Part shown: positions 41,458 through 57,699 of the stretch, in pieces
Layout of the letters: every line of letters begins with the position of its first letter
Position numbering within the stretch: position 1 is the first letter of the stretch
Assembly (NCBI RefSeq): GCF_009914755.1
Contig: NC_060928.1
Origin: the human T2T-CHM13v2.0 reference genome, Homo sapiens
DNA: 64,000 nucleotides
Reading direction: 5' to 3' (one strand)
Program-made: the position numbers and the translations under genes
The notes under the pieces: model-generated
Told to the model about the DNA's origin: nothing
What the model saw: only the letters and a program-made list of their open reading frames with translations
Databases searched by the model: none

Positions 41458-41507
41458 TGAGTTAATAAAGTACCTGAGAGTGATGAGTTAATAAAGTACC
41501 TGAGAGT
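41458..41507 (+). repeat. Tandem duplication, 26-bp period
   Basis: TGAGTTAATAAAGTACCTGAGAGT at 41458-41481 and 41484-41507. Confidence 0.93.
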
Positions 41508-41509
41508 AA

Positions 41510-41693
41510 TATATGTATACACACACACACACACATAAATACACAAATATATATGTGTATTTATGTATACACCACACACACATATATACACATACAAACC
41601 ACACACACACACATATATATATATACACACAGAGAGAGAGAGAAAGTGCAAGAGAGAGGAGAGAGAGAGACAGAGAGAGAGAGTGTGAGAGAG
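41510..41693. repeat. Compound (TA)/(CA)/(GA) microsatellite
   Basis: Direct reading. Confidence 0.95.
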
Positions 41694-41759
41694 TACCATC
41701 AATGGGAAAGCTTCTTGTGTAATAAAACTGTTACAGGAGACTGACAACTACCAGAATAA

Positions 41760-42175
41760 TCATATTGCAACAAAATATTTTTTAAAGAAGGCTCAGGGAG
41801 ATTCTATTATAGATTTACAGAGACTCCTAAACTTAAAAAGTGTAATTTTTCAATTTAAAATTTGAGCAGATGAATTAAGGAGAGAAATTCACTATAGAGA
41901 CTAGGATTAGCAGCCTGGTGGGTCAAGTGCAAGACACATTTCAAAACATAGAAAAATACAAAGAGAATAAAATCTTGAGGAAGAACACAAGAGATTTGGA
42001 GGACAGCATCAAGAGTTCTAAAATCTGGATAATAGGGATTCCAAAAGGAGAAAAAGGAATGGATATAAGGGAAGATAACAATTACAAAACAAATGGGAAA
42101 AATAACAGTGGATTGAAAAAAAAAGACTTGTGTATTGCAGATTGAAAGTGCCCAGGCAGGATTGATTTTCATAAC
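41760..42175 (+). mobile_element. Old L1M ORF1 fragment
   Basis: ORF 41918-42145 contains KNTRDLEDSIKSSKIWIIGIPKGE, the L1 ORF1p coiled-coil/RRM junction motif. Confidence 0.8.
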
Positions 42176-44038
42176 CAAGGGTTGGAGGTGAGAGATAAAG
42201 AGACAAAACAGGCTGATGGATACAGGCTCTTCATTCTGCTGACAGTCTTAACCCTAAAAACTTACACTGTGTTTTTGTCATGTGGTGGTGAAACTTTGAT
42301 GTTGCCTGATAACACCACCCTTGGGTTGCACTTTAATTTTTCATGTGACATGTCAGCCCTATTCCATTGGCTACTGCATCAACTATCATTATCTAGTGGA
42401 TGAAAAAGTCGTTACATATAAGTAAAACTGCCATAGAAAGAGTGGCTCCTGTTACATGAATTCTTCTGAACTGCTATGCACTGTGGTGGGTTTGGATATG
42501 TATACAACCTTGACCTGAGATCTAGGTTTGGGGTTGGGAAATATTAGCATGAATTTCTTTGCAATTAGGGAGAATTTAGCAAGTCAGAAACAATCTGGAA
42601 AGGAAGGGTGAGATGGTATAAAGCTTGGTTTTGTATCCAGTAAAAACTGCCACAGGGGGTTGTTTCAAAGATAATAATAGAAGTTAATGTGTAATGCTCG
42701 GTCTGAAATTGCATTTCTGTGCCATACACATTTTGACTCTGCTCCTCCGTCATTTTCAGTAAAATCTACCATACTTATGATTATTACTTTATGTATTTTA
42801 AGCAGAAAGAGGATTAATACAAGAAAACAGGAGCTTAGAAAACAATTGGATATTTAAAAGAATAACTAGAGAGATTGAAGAAAGAGGTCTAAGTTAGGCC
42901 TTTAGAAATGTCTTGAGGGAAAATGCACAGCTGCCTCACTAGGGGAGCCACTACCTCTGAAACCTTCACTGTCACGGAACATGCCTCTCAATCCATGGAA
43001 CTGAAGAATGGACACTGGAATGCTGACATAGGAAGGTCTTATAATTCTGTGACCTTCCTTGACAGCGACAATAGCTAAAGTCAGGAATGTAGTGGTCACA
43101 GTATTTCTCTACCTTACCTTAATTTGCTTTTAGACTACAGCACCTGGAAGATAATTGGTGCAAAATCTGAGAGAGGCAATCCAGAGAATGAAGCTCAGGG
43201 CTGATTTCCACAGGGTCAATGAAGTAGGAAAGAGAGAGATCTAGTGTGGGTCAGGAAGATAATTCATAAACTGAAGAAATTAGGGGGAAGCAGGACCTGG
43301 GGTCAGAATGATCTAGACCTCAGATCTGATCTAGGTGACAATTGTCTTTTGGTGACCTCAATTGTGTTTAGGTGCTTTAGGGTGACTTAGGGACAGGATG
43401 GTGACTCATGGCATGACTAAGCCACTTTGATCCCAACTAGTGGTAGACATTAAAAATCTGAAATCATCTCCTATTCCCTTGGACCTAAGTATCTTCAATT
43501 AAGCTCTTTAGAAATTTAATTGACTAATTGACTGAAGTGGCACTAAGAGAAAAGCGGAACTGATTTGCTACCCTGCTTGTCAATACTTGTGAAGCTAACT
43601 TAAATAGTTCATTTAATTCAGTATCACAAAGCTGTCATTGTTTAAAACTTGATGGCAAAAATCATGTGCACTGTACACAGAGCTGCAGCCTATAAATGGT
43701 ATTTTATATTTATAGAATTTATTATGAGACGGTGACTATGTATGACTATAGTTAGAAAGTAGCAGGCAAACAACAAAATGTACTAGGAAAGGGAGGGTGG
43801 GCATAGACTGTCCCTGTTTCAGTGTGATTGTATAGTCTAGTTCAACGGAGAGGATAGTCTGTAAGAATTAGCTGAACATTAGCCCCATTGAAGTAACTTA
43901 ACCTAAGCACTTCTATTTTATCGTTCCACATCGTTGATGGTCTTAAAAATTTTAAGCTTTCATCGTATGAAAAAAAGGCATGAAGAAAGCAAACGTAAAT
44001 GTACTAAAAGTATGCTACAAACTTTCCTATATAGAATG

Positions 44039-44493
44039 TGTTTAATGGGTTGAATTGTGTCTCGCCAAAATTCATATGTTTAAGTCCTAACCCGTAGTAG
44101 CTAATAATGTGAGTTTATTTGAAAACAGGGTCTTTGTCGATTTAATTAATTAAGATGAGGTCATTAGGGTGGCCCTAATCCAATATGACTGTTGTCCTCA
44201 TTAAAAAAAGGAAATGTGGACGCAGACATGCACACAGAGAGAACCCTACCTGAGATAAAGGCAGAGATTGGGGTGATGTACCTACAAGTCTAGGAACACA
44301 AAATATGACCAACAACCACCAGAAACTAGGGGAGAGGCATGGAACAAGTTCTTTCTCACAGCCTTCAGAAGGAATCAACCCTGCTGATGCTTCGATCTCA
44401 GACTTCCAGACTTCAGAACTGTGAGCCAATAGAGTTTGGTTATTTATGGCAACATTTGTGATACTTTGTTATGGCAACCTGAACAAACTAATA
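44039..44493 (+). mobile_element. MLT1C-like LTR
   Basis: GGGTTGAATTGTGTC...AAGATGAGGTCATTAGGGTGGCCCTAATCCAATATGACTG...GGCAGAGATTGGGGTGATG...AAACTAATA. Confidence 0.9.
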
Positions 44494-45374
44494 TCAAGTA
44501 TAAGACTTTTTGAAAGCATACAAAGAACAGTAAATTGATAAAGTGAAAATTAAAAAGAATGAACATAATGCCGTCATGTATACTCTGCATACACTCAGGG
44601 ACCAACCAATTGCACATCACCTTTCCAGATGGTAGAAAATTTGGCCACAAATTTCAATATGACTGAACCAGCTGTAAGAAATTCTATAATGTTATAAATC
44701 AATTTTAAGAGTAATTAAAAATGTATTTAGCCCCCTAGGAGTGATATGAAAAGTTTTGATTAGAAATGGAACATTTGGAGGCAATTCTCACTGAAGGAAT
44801 CTGAGGCAATAAAGGAAGATGAATCAGAAGTGGAAGGTTATTGTCACTTCAAAAAGTATAAATGGGCATATTGCTTCACTCCTGATCTAAAATGTCCCCT
44901 ATGGTATCATAATAAAAATATAATCAACTTGAAAGTAGTGTCTAGAATGAAAATTACCTGGACTGATGACATTTAGATTTTCATAGGAAATTTGGCTTGT
45001 TTCCTCCAAGTAGATATCAAAAGTAGGCTGGTTCTCACTAGTAGTGGTTCTCACTAATCCTATAAGAAAGTAATGGTTCTCACTAATGCTATAAGAAAGG
45101 GGAAATTTCAGAAGTAAGAAAGTATTTTAACTTTCCTTATCACACAGGAAAACCATGCTTATATATTTTCTTCTTCAGAAAATTTACATGCTAGTAAAAA
45201 TTACCATTTCAGTACTGTCAATAAAGGCTTATGTCTAAGTAGGAAATTGCTACATACAGAACAATATTAGGACTATTTGCTGTAATTCTAAGAAAGAAAC
45301 CAATAATTCTTGGGTAATTTGAACTAGAACTGAAAAAATCTTTTGAAATGTAATTTAAGTATTTGTATAAAAAT

Positions 45375-45480
45375 AGGTAGTAGTAGCTATCATCCGTGGA
45401 ATGTTTACCATGTGCCAATAACTGTTTTAATGCCTTTTTCACTTATCTTACATATGAGATTTTTGTAAGGACCAGATGGG
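45375..45480 (-). mobile_element. MIR fragment
   Basis: TAGCTATCAT...ACCATGTGCCAATAACTGTTTTAATGC. Confidence 0.55.
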
Positions 45481-45929
45481 ACATGTATGTGAAAAGCTTT
45501 GGAAACTTTGAAGTTGCAAAGTTGTATGGAGTCCAATTTCAGGGCGAGAGTCCTCTGCTCACCAAAACACATACCACAGGCTGTATTCAGAAGTTTGAAT
45601 GTCTTAATCCACTCATAAATATTATTATTAAACAACCTCAATCGTTTTTAATATATTAGAAATTAATGGTGGTAAACAATGAGAATTGGAATGATCTTCT
45701 GCTTGGGAATAAGACTTGAGGATAGCATTTTGCTGACACTGAGGTAGGGTGGGGTCCTCAGGTATATAATACTATAAGACTCATTTGCCATGCAGGCATA
45801 TTCATTTAGATGAAAGGTAGGAAATCATAAGGTATAATGTGTGCAGAATATAGTAATTTTGAGTAGTTATTTGTTAAAAATATTCTGTTAGGTTTACATG
45901 TGTGTTTGCTAAAACAAAAATGAGGTACT

Positions 45930-47800
<1,871 letters not shown>

Positions 47801-47829
47801 ATCTGAAAATGACTAGATACGTCTATGGG

Positions 47830-48230
47830 TAGTGGGATTATGAGGGAAATTTGGAGTGATCATTATGTTTTCGACTTGGATTGCTTGACTGTGATGTCTT
47901 TAATGAGAATTCAAAATATAGAATTAAGAGTATGTTTTGCAAGAAGAACTGTGATTAAATTCAATGCTGGATATGTTGAGTTCTAGGTTCCCATGAGGAT
48001 ACAATGGAACTGTTTAGCAGGCAGTCAGATCCATGTTCTGGGAGCTATCAGAAATGGAGATACACATTTGGGAGTCATCACCAAGAATGGTGGTCTGCTG
48101 TGTAGAAATATATAAAGTAAAAAGCAAAAGAAGAGAGTCAAGGATAGAACTCTGGGGAGCATCATGTTTAATTTAGGATGGATAGTCTTGGGTATTTTCA
48201 TAGGCTGAGAGAAAAGAGAGGAAATTAGAG
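47830..48230 (-). mobile_element. L2 fragment
   Basis: GGATATGTTGAGTT...TAGCAGGCAGT...GGAGATACACATTTGGGAGTCATCA. Confidence 0.7.
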
Positions 48231-48477
48231 GAAAACTCTTCAATTTCCTCGTCTATAGCACTTTTGTTTTTTCAGAATCACTAATATCTATTTCAATTAA
48301 GAGAAGGTATATTGATTCCTGCTTGGGGTCGTATTTCTGTTTCTGGCTTCTACCTGGCGTCAGGGTTAATGAAAATGAAGTTATTTCTCAGCCTGTCAAT
48401 TCAGAAATGAAATAGAATTTCTGAAATCGCAAATCTGAAGATAGATTCCAGATGATTGTGAGTCTACCTGTACATTA

Positions 48478-48815
<338 letters not shown>

Positions 48816-51254
48816 TTAAAGTTCTTATAAAATAAACACAATTCCTTAGTGATATCCTTTTTTCTTTACTATAGCAAATTGCCTTTTGTTCCTGTGCCTA
48901 TCTTCTTAAAGGGAGGATGGTTGAAAACACACCTTTAATTTTGTTTCTACTTTAATGTCTTTGCCTTAGGAAAGTTGTAATCTCTTTCTGTGTGTGAATG
49001 ATGTGAGAATGTATAGTGAAGATGATCCTGGCATGAAGTGGTTCTCACTACTTAAAAGTTGGCTTTGCCTGTGATCTGCGGCATATGTGGGAAGATGCCT
49101 GCTGCTCTCAGAAGTAATCATGCATTGTAGGGTGCTTAAGATGAGGGGCTTAGATTTTCATAGATGGAGGAAGTAATTCCAAAGTGGACTGCATGGGAGT
49201 CTTTCTCTTAGGAGATGAGGGCGTGCTGGATACTGCAAGGGTTGTATTTTCCAAGCATGGACTGCTTGGTCCTGCAAACGTTAGATTCCATGAAGCTAGA
49301 CTTTGGTGCCTGTTCTATGGAGAAGGGTATAGAAAATTCTCAAAGCACACTTTGCCTTAGTTCAAAGTCCAGTTGTTTTGTGGGCAGCATGTCTGCTCCC
49401 ATGTTAATATTGTGATATTCATTCAGTTCCCATGTTTCCCTTTATCATCAATGTATTTGTCTCCTCTGACATTGGTTTGTATGCTACACATGGCCTGGGT
49501 CAACCTTAGCCTTCCCTAGCTCAGCTTTGGGCACTGAGATGCCACTCATTTCCAGAGCCAACATGGCACTGTAGAGACTAAAGTAGGAGATTTTAGTCCA
49601 GCAATCAGTAGAGGACAAGACAGTTTTGCTGCCAAAAGCCACAAAATTGTACAAGCCCCCACTAGACACTGAATTGTAGCCTTACTTTACATTGTTGGCC
49701 CTCTCCATGCAACTGGGTTTCTACCTATCTCAAGTTAATTACATCAGTCCCTGCTAGTACTGGAGCTTAGTCCTGAATCCTTATGTACTCTGACGGGCCT
49801 CAGAAACTGCCTAGTTCAGGCCTACCTTTTGCTACTTGCTAGCTTTCTCCTTACTATTTGTGGCTGAACACAATCTCCCATTTTCTGGGGCACTTGATGG
49901 AGTCTGTTACTAAAGAATGATGATTCAGAATCCTGACCCAGTCCTCTCCCCTACGTCACCCTAGCCTTGCATTTAAAATGACCCCCGCCTGGACTCTGCT
50001 GCTGCTGGGCCCACCTGCTCCACTCTTCATTGGATATAGGCGTCGTTGAATGTCAGATGAATTTGTCACACACTTCTGGAGACTGATCACACCTCTTGAT
50101 CTGTTTTCTCCAACCCTGATGCTGTCCATTCCTAGTTTTGTCTCTTTTATCCCTTCCTCTCTCCTCTCCTCAACAAGTCCCTTCTTTGAGCCAGCCTGAA
50201 TAATGACATTCTTCCTTGGTCTTGACCTTTTCCTTGGCCTCTATCAGGCTTTACTTTCATTCTTGTCTTTCCAAATAAAAGCACATAAAAACTTTGCATT
50301 GTAATTGGAGAAGGGAGAAAGACAAATGACTAGGTGAGTTTGGAGAGCCAGATGCTGTGGAGCCCAGCAGGTGTGGAATGGAAGGGAAAATAATAGAGAA
50401 ACAGGTGACCAGCATTTATCAGGAGAAACTAATAGGAAAGAGGATCTACAACAATACTTACAGCCTCAGGTGACTATATATCCAACAATGAACAGGGCAG
50501 AGCAATAAAGTGAACCTAAAACTTAAAAGAGTGTAAATATGATCTCATAGGCACTATCGAGAATTGATACCATGAACCAATGGTAATGGAACAGTGTCTC
50601 CACTAAAGCCGGTCTTAGTTTGGGTGATGTCGCTAGCTAGTTTTGTGACCACCCTGATTTTCTCCTTTGAAAATGGATGTGACTAAATTTTACCTCTAAG
50701 TTCCTTTCTAGTTCTGATATTTTATGAGCATTTTCCACAGCCCATTCTCACAACTGGGCCAGTACATTATCAGTTTAGCCAAGTGGTTTTTTTTTAAAGC
50801 CTTTATAGGTGCAAATGTTCCAGAAATGGAAAACAAATTATGGTTGTTGGGGATGATGGTATATGAAACCAGCCACATAAATTGTAAAATAGTAGTTATT
50901 GCTCTGTAGTATTTAATTTCTGGTTTCATAAATATCACAACATTTTGGCATCCAGCTTATGAAAGGTCTACCACTACCAAGTGAATTTGTGCTGCCATTC
51001 TCCACTCTGGGGAATTTTATTTTATTCCATGTGATACTCCCAAAAGGTTCTTAAGAGATATTTGAATGAAACCTTTTTATTGCACAGAGGTCATGGGAAA
51101 GTGCTGGTCATAGATAAAGGAAACATTAAGGATAAGAGGCATTTTCTAGTGATAGAAGCAAAAACCTTACTCCAGCCAGATATTTGAGAGAAAGGGACAT
51201 TAAAGAGTTGATCTTTCAGTTCTGACGCCATGAGGTCTATAAGCTGAAATGCAA

Positions 51255-51465
51255 GATTCAACCATTTGAATCCCAGCTCTGCTTTAATGATTTTGAGTAA
51301 AGTATTAATGGCTTTAAACCTCAGTTTTCTTATACATAAAATGAGGACAATGTTAGATATTACCTGGCCTTATTTTAGGACTAAAAGAGATGGCATATGG
51401 AGTATTACTTTTGTATATAGGAAATTACAAAATGTGACTTTTATCATTGTTGTTTATTATTATTT
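51255..51465 (+). mobile_element. MIR SINE
   Basis: TTTGAATCCCAGCTCTGC...CCTCAGTTTTCTTATACATAAAATGAGGA. Confidence 0.8.
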
Positions 51466-51644
51466 ATGAAGCATCCAGAATGGAGATTATTCAGTAAGAA
51501 GTACACCTATACAGGCTGGAATGAATTTCTCACTTCAACTTACACAAAGTATCCAGGATCTAATCTTCAATTAGACTTCAAAATGTAATATTATAACATT
51601 TGACTTCTGAAAAATTAAGAAAAATGTGTTTCACAAATAAAAGG

Positions 51645-51988
<344 letters not shown>

Positions 51989-53149
51989 GTAAAGAACAAG
52001 AATATTTTGACATTCAAAGTAGTAAACAGCTAAACTGTCTAAATAAGCTCTGAGAATGGAATATACTTTCATATCTTTCCAGTATGAGAAGCAACTTCTC
52101 AGTCAGATGTTCCAGCTATGGTATTCTTTGTAAAATAACAACAAAAAATTAGTAGGAACATTTCTATTTTAAAAACTCCTATTTATTGAACAGTAAGTTG
52201 CTACTACTGAGCTTTTAATTTGCCCTCCCACCTACTTTTTATTTGTAAATGGAATAGATAATTAATAAAATCTGTAAAAACATCTATTTGGACAAATGAT
52301 GCTTTTGAATACACATATGCTAAGTTATAGCTGTATATCCTCCTTATATAGAAAATGAGAAATCCCAGCGGCATATGTGGAATATTAACTCTTGAGAAGG
52401 AAATACTTGAGTTGTTTTCTAATCTATTGCCTAACTTGGGAAAAAAATAAAAATGACTTATAATATGTTATGGTTATTTACAGGTATGCAATAAATCCGT
52501 ATTTATAGATGTTGAAAAAACATGTTTTTGTGTGATGGGACTACTATCCAGTTTTCTTTCCATTGATGATGGAACTAAGAAAAGGAGTAAATCCTTTTTC
52601 TTTAAGTGTGCAAGTGACATATCTATTTAGATTTATTTTTTCCTCAATAAAGGGTTTTCTTCAACATTCAGGGGAATTACAACAGCAGTAAATGTGATTA
52701 ATTTTTTGGCAGATGCTCTCCCTGACCTTCTATGTCTGTTAGGCATCATATCTACCTAATTTCCGTATTCTTCTTTACTTCATTGATCTCTATTATGCTG
52801 TCTGTCAAATTATACTAGAAGTTTCTAGAGGGCAGGAGCTTATAGAGTTTTGAATCTCTCCTATTTAGCATGACATGAGCTCCATATAATGAGTTGAATT
52901 AACAGTTGCAAAGATGAACAGAACCAGCGTCTTGGAGGAGAGGCAGGAGGGGTACGCAGGTCCCTGGAGGGATGCTGTTAACAGACATGAGATCAGAATT
53001 TCCGTTTGGATGAGACGTAATGGGAAGGGAGGTATTTGAGAATCTTAAAGTACCCCAAATGGCCTGGGTTAGGGTTTAGGCCCAACTTAACCCCTTTTCC
53101 AAATTCTGCTAAGGCTGGAGAGGTCTGGGAGAAATAGAAGATAAATTAG

Positions 53150-53705
53150 TTCAACCGTTCTCAGTAAGGAAAGCACTGCCCCCTGGAGGTTATTCTGGAA
53201 ATTGTCAGCATGTTTTCTGGTTGTGAAAAGATTGGGTAGGTGATTGTGGGAGGGGTGTGTTACCACTATTATGTAGTAAAGTAGGATCCAGGCATTTTAG
53301 ATGTCCTGTCATGTGTGGAAGAGCCCTGGAGAGTAAATAGATATGCTGTAACCTGTACAATTCTCATGTTAGCCTAGAAATGAATTCCATCTGACATACA
53401 CATACAAAGTGTTTACAACATGTAAATTAAAAGAAGAGTATAGCATTTTGTTTTGTTCAGCAATTTACCAAAAGTTATTCATCATTTCAGAAAATCATGT
53501 CACTGATTGCAGACTGCAATGTTGGTCATGCAATTGAGCAGTTGACATGACACACCTGTTAATTTGCATGGGTGCCAGTTTGCAAACCATGAGAGTTTGC
53601 CTGTCATACCCAGTAATGAGTGGTTCTTTGTACTGGTGCAGGCATCAGGCCACTATAATACATTTTCCAGTGTAAGGCAAGTCTAACTGCTTACATAATG
53701 AAATA
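53150..53705. mobile_element. hAT-Charlie fragment with MER20B-like end
   Basis: GTTCTCA...ACTGCCCCCTGGAGG...TTTTCTGGTTGT...AGATGTCCTG; family uncertain. Confidence 0.5.
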
Positions 53706-53711
53706 TATAAG

Positions 53712-54122
53712 GTATATTAATTTGCTAGGGCTGCCATAACAAAATACTACAGACCGATGGCTGAAACAGAAAATTCTATTTCTCACAGTTTTTGAAGCTG
53801 GACGTCCAAAATCAAGGTGCCTACAGGGTTGATTTCTTCTAAGGCTTCTCTCCTTGGCTTATAGATGGCCACCCTCTCATTGTGTGTTCACATGGTTGTC
53901 TCTGTGCACGCACATGTCTAGTGTCTCTCTGTCTCTGTCGTAATCCCGGTTTTTGTAAGGACACCCATCATACTGGGTTAGGACCCACCTTAAATACCCT
54001 ATTTTAATATACCTCTTTAAAGACCTTATCATCAAATGTGGCCACAGTCTGGACGCTTAGGGTTACAGCTTCCACTTATGCATTTTTTAGTCGGGGGAGG
54101 GGGGGTCATAATTCAGCCAAAA
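53712..54122 (-). mobile_element. MLT1B-like LTR
   Basis: TTTGCTAGGGCTGCCATAACAAAATAC...TCCAAAATCAAGGTG...AATTCAGCC. Confidence 0.85.
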
Positions 54123-54252
54123 ATATATGGCTTCTTATAAATTAGTATTCATTTATTTCTTCTTCATGGTAAACTTAGAGTGTTAGATTGTGCTTTGTGT
54201 GAAGGTAGGTTATATAGTTCCAAGATTCCTTTACAGAATCTCTTTGCTAGAA

Positions 54253-54525
54253 ATTGAGTCATGGGGGTGGTTACCTTCATGCTGTTCTTGTGATAGTGAG
54301 TTCTCATGAGGTCTGATGGTTTTATAAGGGACTTTTCCCCTTTTGCTTGGCACTGCTTCCTGTCATCATGTGAAGAAGGACGTGTTTGCTTCCCCTTCCA
54401 CCATGATTGTAAGTTTCCTAAGGCCTCTCCAGCCATGCTGAACTATGTGTCAATTAAACCTCTTTCCTTTATAAGTTACCCATTCTTGGGTATCTTTATT
54501 AGCAGCGTGAGAATGGACTAATACA
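54253..54525 (+). mobile_element. THE1 (D-like) LTR, 5'-truncated
   Basis: AATTGAGTCATGGGGGTGG...TCTGATGGTTTTATAAGGG...GAATGGACTAATACA. Confidence 0.9.
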
Positions 54526-54586
54526 ATACCTAATATTGGGTATCTTTATTAGCAGCGTGAGAATGGACTAATACAATACCTAATAT
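54486..54586 (+). repeat. Perfect 50-bp tandem duplication across the LTR end
   Basis: TTGGGTATCTTTATTAGCAGCGTGAGAATGGACTAATACAATACCTAATA occurs twice without mismatch. Confidence 0.97.
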
Positions 54587-54599
54587 AATGTAACGCTCA

Positions 54600-54805
54600 G
54601 TGGAATATGGGAGCACCCTGTAACCAAACACATTGAATTTGTTGTAGCAAATATTTACAAGTAGGTGGGATAAATAGAATAAATTGCCCCCATCAGTTCA
54701 GCTGAGGAGACGCAGTGATGTGAGGTTTAGCACCAAACTTAGATAAAAGTTTTCAGTTTTCAGAGCTTATCGGGCTTTAGAATTACAGAGAAGAAACTGT
54801 GAAAA
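54600..54805. mobile_element. Tigger15a-like fragment
   Basis: TTTTCAGTTTTCAGAGCTT...GAATTACAGAGAAGAAACTGTG resembles the recalled terminus. Confidence 0.4.
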
Positions 54806-56359
54806 AAGTGTTATTAATGTGTAGATGGAATATAGCGTCTATGCAGTTCTTTTCAGAATAGTAAAAAGAGATATTAAAATATTTGGTGTAACAGAGGATT
54901 TTGGTTTTGATACAGTTAGGAACCATTGATACAGTTGAAGAAACTCAGACTTTTGAATAACCATATGCAGTGAATCATTGACTGAGTTATGACCTAGACT
55001 TGGGGTCTGAAATGGTTCTCTGAGGTGAGAGCTCATTTTTAAAATATTGAAATGTACAAGTCGGGCTATTTATCTTTACCTGCTTTTACAATAAGGGATT
55101 GCTTTCAGGGCCACTGATATGTGCTTTGTTGATATGAGAATGCTATTTAGTTCTCTAAAAAAATGAAACATAAAGCAATAGTCAAAAAAGCCAGATGAGC
55201 TCTGCAGATTGTCAAAAGGAGGTTTTGTCCTTTTCCATTTCCCATAAAAGCCCAGCTGTGCCACCTTCTAAAACTGGAACTTGTTCATATGCTCACCAGG
55301 TGCCAGGGAATAAAAATCAGAAGTGGAGAAAGCTGAAACAAGATGTTTCACAAATAGAAAGAGAAAATGGGAATAGGGAATGAGGTAAATGAAAAGGTAA
55401 AAGAGAAAAAACAATCTAGCCATATGGAAACACTTTGATGGGTAAAGTGCACTTAGAAGTTTATTAAGCAGGGTGAATTTATTGGATAAGAAACAATCAT
55501 TAATCCACTTAATTGTTCTAGTTGGGTTTGCTGCTCTTGGTTCATCCACTCAAAGTCTCTGGCTTATATTTTTACATTTAACAACATAGGAGCCAGAGCC
55601 AGTGAGTAGGGAAATTTGGAATAAACCCAGACCTACCAATTCTGAGTGCAGGTCTCTTTTTGCAAGGAAGATTTGGCTTAAGTGGATACTCTGAGAATAA
55701 GGAGAAAGGACATACCTGAGATTGTTTACAAGGGAGCACCAGGGAGTTTAAACCTGAGTGGTGTGTTATACTAAGAAAGGGGTGAATTTTGGCGAATTTT
55801 CCTCAGTTGGGGTTGTTAGTTGTAAGCAACAGAAAGCTATTCAAATCAGGTTAAGTAAAGAGGGGTATTAACTAGGGGTATACAAGGCAGGACATAATGC
55901 CAGAACATAATGCCAGGACTCATAAGGAGTCCAGAGCTGGAAATCCCAGGAATCAAAGCAGCAGTTTTCTCCATCTTGTTTTCTCTTCTAATTACATGTA
56001 ATTTGATGGGTCACCCAAAGGGCAGGATTATATGACCCACTGCCCACTTGGTAGAGCTGCTGGAACAGATCTGTGAAGAGGCATGGCTAAGGCAAGCAAA
56101 TTGAAAATATACCTGCTAAAAAATATCATGGATGAGGCATTCTATTGACTATGTGGAAAACGGTGGATCCAGAGCAGGTTGGCAGAAATACATCAAGACA
56201 ACAAATTGGCGAAAACATGGTGCTTTGTTGCAATATCAAAGCATTTTAAGAAAAGATTTGGTATGAACTTAGTCAATTAAATTTATTATTATTTCACTGG
56301 AAAATTAAAATTAATATTAATCTTTAGAAAGGCAATTTGTCTAATTCCTTCATTTTTAG

Positions 56360-56530
56360 AATTCATTCAACACTTTTGGAATATCTTCCAGGTGCCAGTC
56401 ACTGCTGGGATGTGGCATTTATCAAAATTGTTTAAGTCTTTGTTCTAGTGCATCTTGCATTCCAGTGGGGGAATGCAGACCATAAGACACAAAGACATGT
56501 GAAATATGAAGAATAATACATCAGGTTAAG
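56360..56530 (-). mobile_element. L2 3'-end fragment
   Basis: ATTCATTCAACAC...GTGCCAGTCACTG...CTTGCATTCCAGTGGGGG. Confidence 0.7.
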
Positions 56531-57699
56531 GGAAATAATGACAGAGGAATATGATTTTATCTATTTTCAGGGGAAGGCAGTAGTGATATGTAGAGTGATG
56601 ATATAATTTATTGTCTAATGGGGATACTTTGAGTATGAAAGCAAGCACTATTGAGTAATTTCTCTGGGATAACAGGCATCAGTTGGGACTTCCAAGGGCA
56701 ACCTGTAATGCATGGTTCCCCTCCAGAGAGAGTGGCTTTTGAGCAGGGACCAGGAGATACTGGAGAGCAGGAGGTGCGTTTATCTGAGGCAAAGTGGTCC
56801 AGGAAGAGGGAATGCTTGAACCATTCTGCCTGGACTGGGCATTGGATATTTGTAATTTTATAATTGTTAAAACAAGGAGAGGATATCACCATGGCGTTGC
56901 CTTTCCTAGGAATGCTACCTCAAGGACGAGTCTTTGAAGACCGTCTGGACTGCCCTGTTGGAGCCTGACCACTGATGCAGGTGATTGTTCGTAGGAGTAG
57001 AAGCCTTGCTGGTCAATTGGCAGCCTTTTCCAAACTATATTCTGAGAGAGATGGCTTCATGAGGAGGTTGCTTTTAAAAAGGCTGGGCTTAATTGTGACT
57101 CTATGTTGAGAAACACTTTCTGTCTAGTGACTTGGCTTGACCAAATCAGGATGGCTTCTGTGGGATAACTGCTGCCTCTCTTTTCTGGGTGTTCCAATTT
57201 CTGTACAAGGGAGACTCTGCTTCTAGGTGCCCTCTTGGTATCCTCAAACAGCTTTGGGTGCTCACCCTGCTGCTGTTGGGTGTCATGATTCATCTTATTG
57301 AGCACCCTCTGGCTGCTTTCCTGTTGCCTCCTGCTCTACACGTACCCTGCTCAGCCCAGTAAGATCATATTCTGTCAAGAAACTGACTCTGGAGTTAGAA
57401 GGCTGGGGATCCTAGCAGTTTGGCTCCTCCTCCTCCTCTTCATCACCATAAAGCACCTGTGGGCACAAGATGTTGTGGCACATGACAAAAACAGCAATAT
57501 TTTAAGATTCACAATCATTATTCATGGGGCATGTTTTGCCGGATACTTCCTCACGTACCTGTGAGATGGGTATATGCTATTAGGTGGATCTGTGTGAAGT
57601 TACTTAGGCTCTATCATTTTGACCTGCAGAAATCACAGTTTTCTATAATTAGACCTAATATTTTTTAGGCAAAGAAAGGGAAGTTCAGGGGGAAACTTG

